A DNA stretch of 64,000 nt from Aquificaceae bacterium (lineage in GTDB: Bacteria; Aquificota; Aquificia; Aquificales; Aquificaceae): assembly GCA_041640635.1 (NCBI GenBank), contig JBEPZX010000002.1:1-64000 (forward strand), in the 5' to 3' direction. Under the pieces are notes generated by a model that had not been told where the DNA came from, searched no databases, and saw nothing but the letters and a program-made list of their open reading frames with translations. The position numbers were made by a program, and so were the translations under genes. Of the stretch, positions 10,488 to 22,941 are shown in pieces (positions within the stretch are counted from its first letter, which is position 1; each line of letters starts with the position of its first letter).

Positions 10488-10975
10488 AAACCGCAATACT
10501 GGGAGTGGGAAACTTGCTACTCTCCGACGAAGGACTGGGAGTAAGAGCGGTAGAGATACTTAGAAGCTTTTCCTTTGATGGAGATGTGGAGATACTCGAT
10601 GGAGGTACCTTAGGCATAGACCTTCTCTACTTTTTGGATGGATGTCAAAGGCTCCTTATAGTGGATGCCATCCTTGGTGGGCAAGAGTGCGGTACCTTGT
10701 ACAGAATCGAAGGCGACGAGGTGAACGCGTACTTTAGGCAGAAGGTTTCCGCCCATGAGCTGGGTATACAGGAAGTGTTAGCCTTTATGGACATCTTGGG
10801 TAAGAAACCACCTGAGATATGCGTAATGGGTATAGAGCCATACAGATTAGAAGTCTCTACGGAGCTTTCACCGGTTGTAAAAGAAAAACTGGGAACCTTA
10901 ATTGAGATGATCTTAGACAAGCTAAAAGAGTGGGGAATACATGTGAGCGCTCAGAGGTCCACGGAAGGAGGTTAG
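10484..10975 (+). CDS. hyaD: Hydrogenase maturation endopeptidase
   Basis: LGVGNLLLSDEGLG, DGGT, IVDA, SAHE motifs. Confidence 0.93.
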   Translation: MKTAILGVGNLLLSDEGLGVRAVEILRSFSFDGDVEILDGGTLGIDLLYFLDGCQRLLIVDAILGGQECGTLYRIEGDEVNAYFRQKVSAHELGIQEVLAFMDILGKKPPEICVMGIEPYRLEVSTELSPVVKEKLGTLIEMILDKLKEWGIHVSAQRSTEGG

Positions 10976-10979
10976 CGCT

Positions 10980-11381
10980 GTGCTAAATGGAATTATGAAT
11001 GCGCCGTACATCCTTAAGGAGATAATGCTTGCTTTGAGGGACCTTTGTCGAGAGGGTAAAGAGCATATCATCTATATAAACAAGCTTCCGTTGACGGAGC
11101 AGGACAGAGAACTGCTTTTGGACCTTTTGGGAAAAGGCAGCGTAAGGGTTCACATAAACTCCAAAACACAGCCTATGGAGTACTGGGAGACATCCGTAAG
11201 CGGTGTATGGGTGGGTATCATCTACGATAGAGATAGTAAACCCACGCTGGAAATCATAGAAGTTAGCTACTTTCCAAGTTTGGCTAAAACTTACAAGGAA
11301 GATATAGAGGAAAGTTTAAAGATTTTCGAAGAAAGGATCCGTTACACGGTAGGGGAAATACTTGAAAAGGCTCAGGATTGA
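10980..11381 (+). CDS. Hydrogenase expression/formation protein, HupH/HyaF C-terminal-like
   Basis: INKLPLTEQD...LGKGSV...ETSVSGVW...IEV pattern; inside hydrogenase operon. Confidence 0.75.
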   Translation: MLNGIMNAPYILKEIMLALRDLCREGKEHIIYINKLPLTEQDRELLLDLLGKGSVRVHINSKTQPMEYWETSVSGVWVGIIYDRDSKPTLEIIEVSYFPSLAKTYKEDIEESLKIFEERIRYTVGEILEKAQD

Positions 11382-13572
11382 GCTAAAGGGTGTGGTTCAA
11401 GGAGTGGGGTTTAGACCCTTTGTTTACAGGCTCGCAAGGGAGTGTGACCTCAACGGCTACGTTTTGAACTCCTCCAAGGGAGTTGAAATAGAGGTTGAAG
11501 GGGAGAGGGTTGAGGAGTTTCTAAGAAGGCTCCATGAGGAAAAACCACCTCTGGCACGCATACTCTTTCAAAGTGTGGAATTTCTACCCCTCATAGGATA
11601 CACCCACTTTGAGATAAGGGAGTCTACGGATGCACAGGAGAAGGAAGTTTTGATACTTCCCGATATAGCCACTTGCGAGGACTGCCTGAGGGAATTATAT
11701 GACCCTAACGATAGAAGATACCTTTATCCCTTCATAAACTGCACCAACTGCGGACCACGTTTTACGATCATAGAAAAGCTCCCTTACGATAGACCAAACA
11801 CCACCATGAAATCCTTTCGCATGTGTCTTGAATGTGAAAGAGAATATAGGGATCCATCCAAGAGGCGTTTCCATGCGCAACCCATAGCGTGTCCTCATTG
11901 CGGACCTAAGGTCTTTCTGTATCCTTCGGGAGAAGAAGGACACCAAGCGTTGACAGAAACCATAAAAGCACTCAAAGATGGCAAGATAGTAGCCGTAAAA
12001 GGCATAGGTGGTTTTCACCTCATGTGCAACGCCTTAGACGATGAAGTGGTAAAGGAACTGAGAAGACGCAAAAGGAGACAGGAAAAACCCTTTGCCGTGA
12101 TGTTTAAAAGTGTAGAGCAGGTGCAAGAGTACACATATCTCAGCAATTTAGAGATAGCAACTCTGATATCACCCGAGCGTCCCATCGTTCTTTTGAAAGG
12201 CAAAAACAAACTAGCACCCTCCGTATCACCTGGACTCTCCACAGTCGGCGCTTTCTTGCCTTACTCTCCCCTTCACCATCTCATACTGAACTCTATAGAC
12301 TTTCCCCTTGTAGCCACATCGGCTAACCTCTCCGATGAACCCATCGTAAAGGACAACGAAGAGGCAATAAGTAAACTTTCAGGGATAGCGGATTACATAC
12401 TCCTTCACGATAGACCCATAAAGAGGCGCTGCGATGACTCCGTTGTAAAAGTTATAGGTGGTACAGTTCTTCCCGTGAGAAGATCAAGGGGAATAGTACC
12501 CTTACCCATACTGCTTCCCTTTAAACTCAAAAGGAAGGTTTTGGCAGTGGGTGGGATGCTCAAAAACACCTTCGCTATAGGTTTTGATGACAAAGTTGTG
12601 CTCAGCCAATACATGGGAGATATAGAAAGTTTAGAAGATGTTGAAGTGTTCCAAGAGAGCGTTAAGGATCTTTTGGATCTCTACCAATTCCACCCTGACA
12701 TCGTTGTTCACGATATGCATCCAAGGTACGAAACCACACGCTGGGCACTATCCAAAGACTACCCAACGCTCAGCGTGCAACACCATTACGCTCACGTCCT
12801 TTCGTGCATGGCTGAAAACAGATTAACGGAGGAAGTCTTGGGTATTGCGTGGGATGGGACGGGATACGGAACGGACGGTTCCTTGTGGGGAGGTGAGTTC
12901 TTGCGGTGCAACTACCAAAACTTTGAGAGGCTTTTTCACTTTAAAAGCTTTAAACTCTTAGGTGGCGAAAAGGCGGTAAAGGAACCCGCAAGGGTTGCCA
13001 TGTCCTTACTCTTTGAGATGTATTGGGAGAGGGCTTTGGAGTTGGATCTGCCATCTGTTAGATACTTTGTAGACAGAGAACTTGACATACTTTACAAAAT
13101 GCACCTTTCCAATATAAACGCACCTTTGTCCTCCTCCGTTGGGAGGTTGTTCGACGCTGTTGCCTCCATACTTGGCGTAAGACAGAAAATCAGTTACGAA
13201 GGGCAGGCAGCCATGATGCTGGAGGATATGTATGACTATACTGTGAAGGATCACTACCCTGTTGAGATAGCTTCCAATGTAGTCGATTGGGCTCCAATAG
13301 TGGAGGGAGTGATAAGAGACAGAGATAACCCACCTTTGGCTGTGAGCAGGTTTATAAATACCTTAGGAAAAATCTGTTTGGAAGTCGCCAAGCGTGTGGA
13401 ATTGGGGAAAGTTTGCCTGTCTGGAGGAGTAATGCAAAACGGACCTCTTGTTTTCAAAATAAAGGAGTATTTAAAGGGATTTGACGTTTACACACACCAA
13501 AAGGTGCCGGCAAACGACGGAGGACTGAGCCTAGGTCAAGCAGTTTACGGCGGTATAAAAGGTATAGAATAA
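11362..13572 (+). CDS. hypF: Carbamoyltransferase HypF
   Basis: GVVQGVGFRPF acylphosphatase domain, CxxC zinc fingers, KGIGGFHL, QHHYAH, NDGGLSLGQ. Confidence 0.97.
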   Translation: MKRLRIELKGVVQGVGFRPFVYRLARECDLNGYVLNSSKGVEIEVEGERVEEFLRRLHEEKPPLARILFQSVEFLPLIGYTHFEIRESTDAQEKEVLILPDIATCEDCLRELYDPNDRRYLYPFINCTNCGPRFTIIEKLPYDRPNTTMKSFRMCLECEREYRDPSKRRFHAQPIACPHCGPKVFLYPSGEEGHQALTETIKALKDGKIVAVKGIGGFHLMCNALDDEVVKELRRRKRRQEKPFAVMFKSVEQVQEYTYLSNLEIATLISPERPIVLLKGKNKLAPSVSPGLSTVGAFLPYSPLHHLILNSIDFPLVATSANLSDEPIVKDNEEAISKLSGIADYILLHDRPIKRRCDDSVVKVIGGTVLPVRRSRGIVPLPILLPFKLKRKVLAVGGMLKNTFAIGFDDKVVLSQYMGDIESLEDVEVFQESVKDLLDLYQFHPDIVVHDMHPRYETTRWALSKDYPTLSVQHHYAHVLSCMAENRLTEEVLGIAWDGTGYGTDGSLWGGEFLRCNYQNFERLFHFKSFKLLGGEKAVKEPARVAMSLLFEMYWERALELDLPSVRYFVDRELDILYKMHLSNINAPLSSSVGRLFDAVASILGVRQKISYEGQAAMMLEDMYDYTVKDHYPVEIASNVVDWAPIVEGVIRDRDNPPLAVSRFINTLGKICLEVAKRVELGKVCLSGGVMQNGPLVFKIKEYLKGFDVYTHQKVPANDGGLSLGQAVYGGIKGIE

Positions 13573-13577
13573 ATTTT

Positions 13578-14252
13578 ATGAACGTTATTGTAACAGGCGG
13601 GTCCAGGGGCATAGGAAAAGCCGTTGTTAGTTTACTCATAAGAGAAGGCTTTAACCTTTGCACGTGTTCAAGAAAAGAAGAAGACTTGCAGAAACTAAGG
13701 CAAGAGCTCTCCAATCCAAAAAATCTCTACGCAAAAGTCTGCGATGTAAGAGACAAAGAGTCTGCAAAGTCCTTCGTTAATTACTGCGTGGAAAAGTTCA
13801 AAAGTGTGGACGTGCTTATCAACAATGCAAGTATCTTGGGCTTGAGAACCCCCATAGAAAGCTATCCCGAAGATGTTTGGGAAGAGGTAATAAGAGTAAA
13901 CTTAAACGGTACCTTCTACATCACCAAGTATACGCTTCCTTTTTTGAACAGAGGTGGTGTCATTATCAACATGTCCTCTGGTGCTGGCAAAAGACCCGCA
14001 CCGACGTGGGGAGCTTATGCCGCTTCCAAGTTTGCCATAGAAGGATTTTCCCTTTTGCTTGCTGAAGAGTTAAAGGACAAAAACGTAAGGGTTTACGCAT
14101 TAAATCCCGGAGCCACAAGGACACAGATGAGAGCTCAGGCTTATCCCTTTGAAGACCCTAGTAAACTCAAAGAACCGGAAAAGGTGGCGCAGTTTATTTT
14201 ACGTCTAATAAGGTCCAACACGCCCAGCGGTTCCATAGACTACCCATGGTAG
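13578..14252 (+). CDS. Short-chain dehydrogenase/reductase (YciK-like)
   Basis: TGGSRGIG, NNAS, YAASK, NPGATRT. Confidence 0.9.
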   Translation: MNVIVTGGSRGIGKAVVSLLIREGFNLCTCSRKEEDLQKLRQELSNPKNLYAKVCDVRDKESAKSFVNYCVEKFKSVDVLINNASILGLRTPIESYPEDVWEEVIRVNLNGTFYITKYTLPFLNRGGVIINMSSGAGKRPAPTWGAYAASKFAIEGFSLLLAEELKDKNVRVYALNPGATRTQMRAQAYPFEDPSKLKEPEKVAQFILRLIRSNTPSGSIDYPW

Positions 14253-14854
14253 TGGAAGTCCTCAGCGGAAAGGAGAATATGGAAAAGGACTCAAACAATC
14301 TATTTCTGTTGGAGGAGCAAAAGACAATACCACAAAAGCGCATATACAAGTGGAAAGAGCCAACGCTAAGCATTGGTTACTATCAGCAAGAGAAAGCATT
14401 CTGCGTGCCTGTGGTGAGAAGACCGACAGGTGGTGGTGCTTTGCTTCACGGATGGGACATATCCTTTTCCATCGCCGATTACAGGGAAGCGTGGGGAGGA
14501 GACTTTGGCAAGATATACAAAAATGTTTCAGAGAGACTAATGGCGGGGTTTGAAAAGCTGGGTATAAAGTTGGAGATTTCAAAAAACAAATCAAGGTACG
14601 ATTCCTACTTTTGCTTTGATTATCCAACGCTGGGTGAGCTCACATACAAAGGTAAAAAGGTAGTCGCCTGCGCTATGAGAGTGCTAAAAAATACTTTCTT
14701 GGTTCATGGGAGCATAAATATCAACCTTGACTACCAGAAAGCCAGCCACATACTAAAGGTAAGCCAAGAAGAGCTTTTCCAGAGGGTTTTAAGTCTTGAT
14801 CTCTTGGAGATTGATGAATATGCTCTTTTGCAAGCGGTGCTTAAAGACTTATAA
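14246..14854 (+). CDS. Lipoate-protein ligase A / octanoyltransferase family protein
   Basis: [25 protein letters not shown] motifs. Confidence 0.85.
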   Translation: MVVEVLSGKENMEKDSNNLFLLEEQKTIPQKRIYKWKEPTLSIGYYQQEKAFCVPVVRRPTGGGALLHGWDISFSIADYREAWGGDFGKIYKNVSERLMAGFEKLGIKLEISKNKSRYDSYFCFDYPTLGELTYKGKKVVACAMRVLKNTFLVHGSININLDYQKASHILKVSQEELFQRVLSLDLLEIDEYALLQAVLKDL

Positions 14855-14862
14855 TTAATATG

Positions 14863-17235
14863 ATGAGTAAAATTAGAGTGCAAGATATCGCAAAAGAATT
14901 AAACATAGATGTAAAGGAAGTTAGAAAGGTTCTAAAAGAGTGGGGTGTGAGCAAGAGTAATTTTGCATACCTTACGGACGAAGAAGTTCAAATTGTGAAA
15001 GATTATTTTTCTTCTGAAAATGCACAGTCTCAATTGGAAGAAGAAACTAAGGTAATGGAAGAAGCCGGCACAAAGGAAGAAATTAAGGTGGAAGAAAAGA
15101 AGCAAGAAAGTGAGTTACAGGTTTCAAGAACTCAAACGTTGGAAAAACCCGCTAAAGAGTTAGATCGTAGCAAGAAAAGGGAACACAAACAGGAATCCAG
15201 AGAAAGAGAATTCAAAAAACCAAAACCAAGTAGACCCTTCGCAGAAGTAAAAAGAGAAGAGAAAAAACCCTTTGAGAAAAAACCTGTCGTAAAACCTCCT
15301 CAGCACAAACTCCTACCTCCGCCACCACCTGTAACACCTAAAGCTGAGGCAAAACCAAAAAAAGAAGAGCAACCACAGGAAAAGAAAGAAAAACTGAGCA
15401 AGGAAGAACAACAAATACTAAAGAAACTGGAACAACAGATAGACAAGAGAAAAAAGGAAGAAAAGAAGGAAGAAAAAAGTGAAGAGATCAAAATAATTCA
15501 AATTCCAGAAGTGATCACAGTCAGGGAACTGGCTGATTTACTCAACGTAGCACCCAATCAAATAATGGCTGAACTCTTGAAGAAAGGTATATTAGCCACG
15601 ATAAATCAAACCATACCATCTGATATCGCCATAGAAATCGCAGAAAGCTTCGGTTTCCTTGCAGAACTAAAAAGCGAAGAAGAAGCTGTTCAAGAGGTAG
15701 AAGAGGAAGAACTTGAAGAAAACTTAGAACCAAGACCCCCGGTAGTGGTAGTTATGGGGCACGTGGACCACGGAAAAACTACCTTGCTCGACGCTATAAG
15801 GAAGACGGACGTAGCAAAGAGAGAAAAAGGCGGTATTACTCAGCACATAGGAGCTTCCGTTGTAGAGTTACCCGATGGTAGAAAGATAACCTTCTTGGAC
15901 ACACCCGGACACGAGGCTTTCACAACGTTGAGAGCAAGGGGTGCACAGGTAACGGATATTGCGGTACTGGTGGTTGCAGCTGACGATGGAGTTATGCCAC
16001 AAACCATAGAAGCCATTAACCACGCAAAGGCTTTTAACGTTCCCATAATCGTAGCCGTTAACAAGATAGACAAGCCGGGAGCTGACCCTCAGAAGGTGAG
16101 AAGGGAGCTTTCTGAGCTTGGACTGATTCCCGAAGAGTGGGGCGCTGATACCATTTTTGTGGATGTCTCCGCTGTGAAAGGAGAAAACATAGACCAGTTA
16201 CTGGAATACATCCTTTTATTGGCTGAGATGTTGGAACTTAAAGCGAACCCAAACAAGAGAGCAAAAGGTACCATCATAGAATCCAAGTTAGACAAACAGA
16301 GAGGAGCTGTTTCCACTGTGCTAGTCCAAGAGGGAACGCTGCGCGTAGGTGATGTTTTTGTGGTTGGTGAAACTTATGGCAAAGTCCGTGCCATGTTTGA
16401 CGACAAGGGAAGAATGGTGAAGGCTGCAGGTCCATCCACACCCGTTGAGGTTCTGGGCTTTGAAGAACTACCTATGGCAGGGGACACACTAAAGGTTGTA
16501 GAAGACGAAAGGACGGCAAGACAGATAGCACAAGCAAGGCGCTTACAAAAGGAGCAAAAGGAAAAGGTTGCCAAAGCCTTAGCGCTCGAGGATGTCTTTA
16601 AAAAGATACAGGAAGGCGAGCTAAAGGAAATAAAGATCGTTTTAAAAACCGATACCATAGGATCTTTGGAAGCTCTCAAAAAGTCTCTCACAGAGCTGTC
16701 CAACGAAGAGGTATCCATCAGGATAATACATGCAGGCGTAGGTGGTATTACGGAAAACGATGTTATGCTAGCAAAGGCGAGCGATGCCATTGTTATAGGC
16801 TTTAACGTAAGACCCGACGTTAAGGCAAAGGAAGTTATAGAGAACGAAAAGGTGGATGTGAAACTCTATGGTATCATATACGAAGCCATAGAGGATGTCA
16901 AAAAAGCCCTAAAGGGAATGCTAAAACCCGTAGAGAAAGAGGTAACCTTGGGTTCTGCAGAAGTGAGAGCCACCTTCAAGATAAAAGGTGCCGGTACTGT
17001 AGCTGGGTGTTACGTGCTGGATGGTAAGGTTGTAAGAAACGCAAAAGCCAGACTTATAAGAAATGGTGTAGTGGTATACGATGGGAAGATAGAAGGTCTC
17101 AAAAGATTTAAAGAAGATGCCATGGAAGTTGCAAAAGGCTTTGAGTGTGGCATCAAGCTAAAAGACTACAACGATGTAAAGGTTGGTGACATTATAGAAT
17201 GTTACGAAGTGAAACTGGAAAAGCCACAAGGCTGA
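14863..17235 (+). CDS. infB: Translation initiation factor IF-2
   Basis: [23 protein letters not shown]; charged N-terminus. Start may be 14860 or 14863. Confidence 0.97.
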   Translation: MSKIRVQDIAKELNIDVKEVRKVLKEWGVSKSNFAYLTDEEVQIVKDYFSSENAQSQLEEETKVMEEAGTKEEIKVEEKKQESELQVSRTQTLEKPAKELDRSKKREHKQESREREFKKPKPSRPFAEVKREEKKPFEKKPVVKPPQHKLLPPPPPVTPKAEAKPKKEEQPQEKKEKLSKEEQQILKKLEQQIDKRKKEEKKEEKSEEIKIIQIPEVITVRELADLLNVAPNQIMAELLKKGILATINQTIPSDIAIEIAESFGFLAELKSEEEAVQEVEEEELEENLEPRPPVVVVMGHVDHGKTTLLDAIRKTDVAKREKGGITQHIGASVVELPDGRKITFLDTPGHEAFTTLRARGAQVTDIAVLVVAADDGVMPQTIEAINHAKAFNVPIIVAVNKIDKPGADPQKVRRELSELGLIPEEWGADTIFVDVSAVKGENIDQLLEYILLLAEMLELKANPNKRAKGTIIESKLDKQRGAVSTVLVQEGTLRVGDVFVVGETYGKVRAMFDDKGRMVKAAGPSTPVEVLGFEELPMAGDTLKVVEDERTARQIAQARRLQKEQKEKVAKALALEDVFKKIQEGELKEIKIVLKTDTIGSLEALKKSLTELSNEEVSIRIIHAGVGGITENDVMLAKASDAIVIGFNVRPDVKAKEVIENEKVDVKLYGIIYEAIEDVKKALKGMLKPVEKEVTLGSAEVRATFKIKGAGTVAGCYVLDGKVVRNAKARLIRNGVVVYDGKIEGLKRFKEDAMEVAKGFECGIKLKDYNDVKVGDIIECYEVKLEKPQG

Positions 17236-17849
17236 GTATAAACGAAGTATATGCAAGCATACAGGGAGAAGGACTTTTAATAGGAACGCCTTCTGTCTTC
17301 ATACGTTTTCAGGGATGCAACTTAAGGTGTCCCTGGTGTGACCAAGAAGAAGCACTCTCTTTTAAAGAGGCCAACTACACCTTAGAGTCCTTGTTAGAAG
17401 AGATATCCATATATCCTCACAAGCACATAGTTATAACGGGTGGAGAACCTTTAGCTCAAAAAGGTCTTTACCAACTGGTGAAAGCCTTAAGAGAGAGAAA
17501 CTACAGCGTGCAGATTGAAACTAACGGGACTTTATGGATAGAAGGCTTGGAAAAGCTCCATACACACATAACATGTTCCCCCAAGTGGAGTGCCCATTGG
17601 TTCGTTCATCCAAAAATACTAACTCACTGCAACGAGATAAAGTTTGTAGTCGATGAAGTTTTAAGTGTAGATGTTATCCTAAAGGAAGAATTTAAGGAAC
17701 ACTTAAAAAATGGTTTGGTGATACTTCAACCTGAAGGTAACAAGACAGCCTTCTTGAAAAAAGCTCTCGATCTACAGCATCAGATACTAGAACTGGGTCT
17801 TACTGTGAGGGTAATTCCTCAGCTGCATAAGGTTTTTGGTTTAAAGTGA
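17199..17849 (+). CDS. queE: 7-carboxy-7-deazaguanine synthase, radical SAM
   Basis: [40 protein letters not shown]. Confidence 0.9.
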   Translation: MLRSETGKATRLSINEVYASIQGEGLLIGTPSVFIRFQGCNLRCPWCDQEEALSFKEANYTLESLLEEISIYPHKHIVITGGEPLAQKGLYQLVKALRERNYSVQIETNGTLWIEGLEKLHTHITCSPKWSAHWFVHPKILTHCNEIKFVVDEVLSVDVILKEEFKEHLKNGLVILQPEGNKTAFLKKALDLQHQILELGLTVRVIPQLHKVFGLK

Positions 17850-19029
17850 GTTTTTTGCTTGATTTTGGGAAAAAGTAATCCACTATAGCCTCGTACAGAG
17901 ATTTAGCAAAGTTTTCTTGGAACTCCTCAGTGGCCATCAACATAGCTTCTTCTGGATTGGTTATAAACCCTACCTCAACAAGCACCGAAGGTATACCTGG
18001 GGTCTTGAGAACGGCAAATCCAGCTCTTTGTGTACCCTTGAACTCCACATCTCTAGGCAAGTTTCTGGACAAACTTTGGGAGATTTTGCGTGCTACGTTT
18101 ACACTTTCATACAATGTAACATCCAATGCAAGGTCGGCAAGGACTACTCTAGCGTTTGTAGATAAATCCGATCTCCCTAAAACTAAACTTGCATAATTGT
18201 TATCCTTAACAATCCTGTCTCTTTTCTGTCGGGCAGCTTCCGAAGATATTGCAAAAACAAAGGTTCCTTTCGCATGCGAAGATATGCCTCTCGGTGACGC
18301 GTTAGCATGTATACTTACGAAAAGATCAGCTCTATTTCTTAGCGCTATATTTGATCTCTCGTGTAATTGTAAAAACACATCTTTATCTCGTGTTAATATA
18401 ACGTCAAACCTTCCATCTTCTCTTAAGTACTTGGCTAGTTTTTTTGATATTCCTAAATTAACATCTTTTTCTTTTATTCCCATAAAACCAATAGCCCCAG
18501 GATCGTGACCTCCGTGCCCTGGATCTATCACAACAGTTCTCTTCTCTGTGAACACGCTATTCTTAACTCTTTGGTCGATAATAACTCCTTTACCTTCTCC
18601 TATGATGCTCAATACTTTTGGATCCAATATGGCTACCAAAGGATCATCTTCTTTTACCAACACCATTTGATTATGCTTTCTTTCTTCTTTTCCATGTTTA
18701 TATATATCTACAACTATCCTAAAAGGATCATTTAAAGAAAAGGACTTCACATCCGCAAATTCCTTCTCTATAACTATTCTAGTTCCCCATGAATGCTTAC
18801 CTACTCTCACATTTAGCTGCTGTGTTTTTCTTATATGCAAATCTACATCCACATCTATTACTATCCTTTTAGGATTATCCAAAAGGATGATCTTATAGTC
18901 CACGCTTTTACCAATATCGAGTACTATCCTTTCTTTATCGGGATACGATCCATACCTAATATTAACTGTATCTTGTGCATTGGCAAAATGTAGGAGTAAA
19001 CTAATGATTATCAAAATCGTGTAGATCAT
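17800..19029 (-). CDS. N-acetylmuramoyl-L-alanine amidase (Amidase_3 with AMIN-like domains)
   Basis: Signal peptide; IDPGHGG, EKDVNL, SIHAN, VLVEVGF. Confidence 0.92.
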   Translation of the reverse strand: MIYTILIIISLLLHFANAQDTVNIRYGSYPDKERIVLDIGKSVDYKIILLDNPKRIVIDVDVDLHIRKTQQLNVRVGKHSWGTRIVIEKEFADVKSFSLNDPFRIVVDIYKHGKEERKHNQMVLVKEDDPLVAILDPKVLSIIGEGKGVIIDQRVKNSVFTEKRTVVIDPGHGGHDPGAIGFMGIKEKDVNLGISKKLAKYLREDGRFDVILTRDKDVFLQLHERSNIALRNRADLFVSIHANASPRGISSHAKGTFVFAISSEAARQKRDRIVKDNNYASLVLGRSDLSTNARVVLADLALDVTLYESVNVARKISQSLSRNLPRDVEFKGTQRAGFAVLKTPGIPSVLVEVGFITNPEEAMLMATEEFQENFAKSLYEAIVDYFFPKSSKKLTLNQKPYAAEELPSQ

Positions 19030-20674
19030 CTATATCCTCCTCCACTTCATCCTTCCTTGTTGCCCAAGGTGGCTTAGGAAATTTTATAACTAAAGGAATC
19101 TGTATATCAGGTTGATAGAGCACCATGGTACCTTTTTTGAGCATGGTAACTCTCTGTTTAAAATTACCTAACAAAAAGTCATACTCTTTCGAAAAGATCT
19201 CACTTGTATCTACTCTTCCAAGAACCTTTATCGCGGCATTTGCTATTACCCTCTTTTCTATTTCGCTTGCTGTTTGCTGAGCTCCTATTAACAGAACTCC
19301 CAAACTTCTTCCCCTTTCTGAAATATCCAAAATAATATCTTTAATTGGACTCCAAGATTCCTTTGGTGCATATTTATTAAGCTCGTCTAAAACTACAAAA
19401 ATTTTAGGAAAGTCTTGCCCAATATCTTCCTTTTCCTTAAAGATTCTCTTAAGGACAGCTCCTACTACAAACATCTTAGCTATGTTATGTAGAGAGCTTA
19501 TATCGACTACCGATACTTTGTGGTTTCTCCACTCTATATGTTTGGCATTTTCTGAAACTATAAACCTATCTATATACATGACAGCTCTTTCAAATCTTCT
19601 CATGAAGGCATATATAGTTTGAAGGCTGGATTTACCAAACCATTCCTCCCTATCCTTATCTGAATTGATAACTTCCTCCAGATATCTATAAAGGTCTGTG
19701 AGAAATTCTATATCCTTGCTACCCTTTGACTGCTCTGTCAACAGCCTACCGCTTGGACTTTCTTTTGCCAACTCCAGTAATTTGGATGCGACACGTTCTA
19801 TAAGATACCCCAAATTACTTAAAGCTTCATCCCCTTCCACAAACATAAACTTAAGCAAGCCTTCTTCAGCAAACTCTCTCATTGTCCAAGAGAAAGCAAT
19901 TACCTTATCATCTTGTCTAACGAAGTCAGGTTTCGGAGTCCCATACTTAGTACCCTTCTTTTCTTCTGGCGGTACATAAAATATTACATCCTTAAAGGGT
20001 TTTGGTTCTAAGCCTAGTTCTTTAAACATTTCCTCATCTTCTTTTGTAATCCTTCTACTTTTCTTGTCCAACCACAAAAGGTCCTTACCTTTTACGTTGA
20101 AAATTAGAGCGTGTATCTTTTTTCTTTCATCTTTGGGAGCTTTTTGCATTACGGAGTTCAGCAAAAATAGTGCATAGGAAGTTTTGGTCGCTATACCGGA
20201 CATCCCAGATATGGACACATGAGCCCCCTCTTTCCCACTTATAAAGTCATAATTTATCATAACGGGTTTACCGCTACGTGTAAGTCCTGCTGGAATTTTG
20301 TTTTCCATTTGATCAAAGTATAAAGCTTTTTCAAACTCTTCTCCTTCGGCTAACAAAACCTCACTACCTGGAATTGGTGGGGAAAAAATCTCAGGTTCTA
20401 TACGCGTAACGTTAACCTTTGCTACATAAGCTAAGTTTACAGGTATTACACCTTCTTTTGCCAGCTGAGCTTCATAAACGAGCTTTGAACCTTCCAAATA
20501 CTTCTGAATTTCGGTAATTACTCCGTAATAACTTACTTCTTGGTTGCCCAAATATGAAGTGGTGAAAATTACGTCATCCAACTGCAGTGTGACGTTTTCA
20601 TCTATACCAATCCAAAACTCCAAAGGCGTTGCAGGCAGTGTTCCAAGAACAATGCCTATAGCTTTACCTCTCAC
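19001..20674 (-). CDS. HerA/FtsK-superfamily ATPase (COG0433-like)
   Basis: N-terminal HAS-barrel-like region, variant Walker [11 protein letters not shown], Walker B VVLDE, GRSLG, GAQQ. Confidence 0.8.
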   Translation of the reverse strand: MRGKAIGIVLGTLPATPLEFWIGIDENVTLQLDDVIFTTSYLGNQEVSYYGVITEIQKYLEGSKLVYEAQLAKEGVIPVNLAYVAKVNVTRIEPEIFSPPIPGSEVLLAEGEEFEKALYFDQMENKIPAGLTRSGKPVMINYDFISGKEGAHVSISGMSGIATKTSYALFLLNSVMQKAPKDERKKIHALIFNVKGKDLLWLDKKSRRITKEDEEMFKELGLEPKPFKDVIFYVPPEEKKGTKYGTPKPDFVRQDDKVIAFSWTMREFAEEGLLKFMFVEGDEALSNLGYLIERVASKLLELAKESPSGRLLTEQSKGSKDIEFLTDLYRYLEEVINSDKDREEWFGKSSLQTIYAFMRRFERAVMYIDRFIVSENAKHIEWRNHKVSVVDISSLHNIAKMFVVGAVLKRIFKEKEDIGQDFPKIFVVLDELNKYAPKESWSPIKDIILDISERGRSLGVLLIGAQQTASEIEKRVIANAAIKVLGRVDTSEIFSKEYDFLLGNFKQRVTMLKKGTMVLYQPDIQIPLVIKFPKPPWATRKDEVEEDIDDLHDFDNH

Positions 20675-21575
20675 CGTATACCTCCTTTAAGATTTTATCT
20701 CCCCCTTTACTTAAAAGCTCCAAAGCTAACTCCTCGCCTATGGTTTGCGCTTCCTCCCTTTTACCGCTTCTTTCCCCTTCTATAAATATGTTACCTTCTA
20801 AATCGGATATAAAGGCTTTGAGCGCAATACTTTCACCATTAACTATAGAGAAACAGCCTATGGGAACTTGACAGCCACCCTCTAGTTTTCTCAAGAAAGC
20901 CCTCTCACACAGAGCCCTTAACTTACTTTCTTCATGATCTAAAAAGGACACGGCATCCAGGATGTCTTTATCATCTTCCCTTACCTCTATGGCTAAAGAG
21001 CCCTGACCCACAGCTGGTATAAAGTCTTCTAAAACCTGAGTTATCATACCCTCAAAGCCCATACGCTTGACACCTGCATAGGCAAGCACTATGGCATCGT
21101 ATAAACCATCTTGAAGTTTCCTTATTCGTGTGTCCACGTTTCCCCTTAAGTTCTCCACCTTTAGATCAGGTCTTTTCCTTTTTATTTGAACCATCCTCCT
21201 TAGAGAGGATGTCCCAACCCTTGCACCCTCTGGTAAGCTTTCCAAGGTTAAGTTATCCCTAGAAATTAAAACATCGAATGGGTTTTCTCTTTCCGTTATA
21301 GCACCCAATGTTAAACCCTCTGGCAACACCATAGGAACATCTTTGAGAGAATGCACAGCCATGTCTATTTCCCTTCGAAGGAGAGCTTCTTCTATTTCCT
21401 TGACAAATAGCCCTTTTCCCCCTATCTTTGCAAGTGGCACATCGAGAATCTTGTCCCCCGAAGTGGTTATCAGAACAAGCTCTACAGTGTGTCCCCTTTC
21501 TTGGAGTTTTTCTTTTATGTGGTTTGCCTGCCAGAGAGCCAACTTGCTCTTTCTTGTTCCAATTTTTATTTTCAT
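20664..21575 (-). CDS. hemC: Hydroxymethylbilane synthase
   Basis: [45 protein letters not shown]. Confidence 0.97.
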   Translation of the reverse strand: MKIKIGTRKSKLALWQANHIKEKLQERGHTVELVLITTSGDKILDVPLAKIGGKGLFVKEIEEALLRREIDMAVHSLKDVPMVLPEGLTLGAITERENPFDVLISRDNLTLESLPEGARVGTSSLRRMVQIKRKRPDLKVENLRGNVDTRIRKLQDGLYDAIVLAYAGVKRMGFEGMITQVLEDFIPAVGQGSLAIEVREDDKDILDAVSFLDHEESKLRALCERAFLRKLEGGCQVPIGCFSIVNGESIALKAFISDLEGNIFIEGERSGKREEAQTIGEELALELLSKGGDKILKEVYGER

Positions 21576-22918
21576 TCTAAGTATTTTATAGCTTTGTATA
21601 AACTCCCTAAAACGTGTTCCATTTCCTCAAAGCTTATCACAAGGGGCATCATTAGCACCATTACATCACCCAAAGGTCTTAGAAAAACTCCATCCTCTCT
21701 GCATTTGTAAGCTACCTTAAAACCCGTTCTTTCACCGTAAGGGTAAGGTTCCATCTTTTCTTTATCCTTAACCAACTCTATACCTACCATAAAGCCTAAT
21801 TGTCTTACATCACCTACATGGTCCAAATGCCAAAAGTCCTTCAATCTTTCCTCAAGGAACTTTATTTTAGGTTGTAGGTTCTCCAAGGTTTTTTCCTCTT
21901 CGAAAACATCCAAATTAGCCAAAGCTACGGCGCATGCAAGATTGTTGCCTGTGTAAGTGTGTCCATGGTAAAAGTGCTTCATTTCTCCAAACTCTCCCCA
22001 GAAAGCTTCGAAGATTTCCTGGGTTGTCAACGTGACTGCAAGAGGTAAGTAGCCACCAGTTATGCCTTTCCCAAGGCACATAAAATCGGGACAAACTTCC
22101 TCTTGCTCACAGTAAAACATGCTTCCCGTTCTCCCAAATCCTGTGGCTACTTCATCAAGTATGAGAAGGGTGTTGTATTGTTTTGTCAACTCTCTTACGT
22201 CTTTTAGGAATCCCTTAGGATACGGTAGCATACCTGCGGCACCTTGTATACCCGATTCAAGCACTACAGCCACTATGTCTTGCCCTTGCCTTTCAAGAAT
22301 GTCTTTTAGCATACCCACAAGGTCCGTTTTGCATTCTTCGCAGAGCTTGCCATATTTTTCTTTGCAGTAAAGGTATGGGGAAGGTAGTTGGATAGTGTTA
22401 AAGAGTAGATCCCTATATGCACCGTGGAAGAGCTCAATACCTCCAACACTTACGGCACCTACTGTATCACCATGATATGCTGAAGATAGTGTCACAAAGG
22501 TTTTTCTCTTTTGACCTTTGTTTATCCAGTACTGGTAAGCAAGCTTTATGGCTATCTCTATCGCCTCTGCACCATCCTCTGAATAAAAAACTTTTGTAAG
22601 ACAACTTGGTGTAATATCCACAAGTCTTTTGGCAAGCAGTATGGCAGGTACATTGGAGCTTCCCAAGGTGGTAGTGTGAGCTACCATGTTTAATTGATCA
22701 ACTAACGCTTTATTTAACTTGGGATGGTTGTGTCCATGCACGTTACACCAAAGGGAAGAAATGGCATCTATGTATTTTCTTCCATATATGTCATATAGAT
22801 AAACGCCTTCTCCTCTTTGAAAGATTAAGTTTTCCTCTTGAGTGTAAACTTTCATTTGGGTGAAAGGATGCCAAAAGTATTCTTTGTCCCATTTTTCTAA
22901 GGTTTTAGGATCTATCAT
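21572..22918 (-). CDS. bioA: Adenosylmethionine-8-amino-7-oxononanoate aminotransferase
   Basis: [44 protein letters not shown]. Confidence 0.95.
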   Translation of the reverse strand: MIDPKTLEKWDKEYFWHPFTQMKVYTQEENLIFQRGEGVYLYDIYGRKYIDAISSLWCNVHGHNHPKLNKALVDQLNMVAHTTTLGSSNVPAILLAKRLVDITPSCLTKVFYSEDGAEAIEIAIKLAYQYWINKGQKRKTFVTLSSAYHGDTVGAVSVGGIELFHGAYRDLLFNTIQLPSPYLYCKEKYGKLCEECKTDLVGMLKDILERQGQDIVAVVLESGIQGAAGMLPYPKGFLKDVRELTKQYNTLLILDEVATGFGRTGSMFYCEQEEVCPDFMCLGKGITGGYLPLAVTLTTQEIFEAFWGEFGEMKHFYHGHTYTGNNLACAVALANLDVFEEEKTLENLQPKIKFLEERLKDFWHLDHVGDVRQLGFMVGIELVKDKEKMEPYPYGERTGFKVAYKCREDGVFLRPLGDVMVLMMPLVISFEEMEHVLGSLYKAIKYLE

Positions 22919-22941
22919 AAAATTAGAATTATAACGTTGTT

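Noticed and set aside
15000..15720. A/G-rich low-complexity region and PPPPP run in infB
   Set aside because: Normal charged, variable IF-2 N-terminal linker
17800..17849. 50-bp convergent overlap of queE and the amidase
   Set aside because: Short 3' overlaps are common in this compact genome (also upp with the LysM gene)
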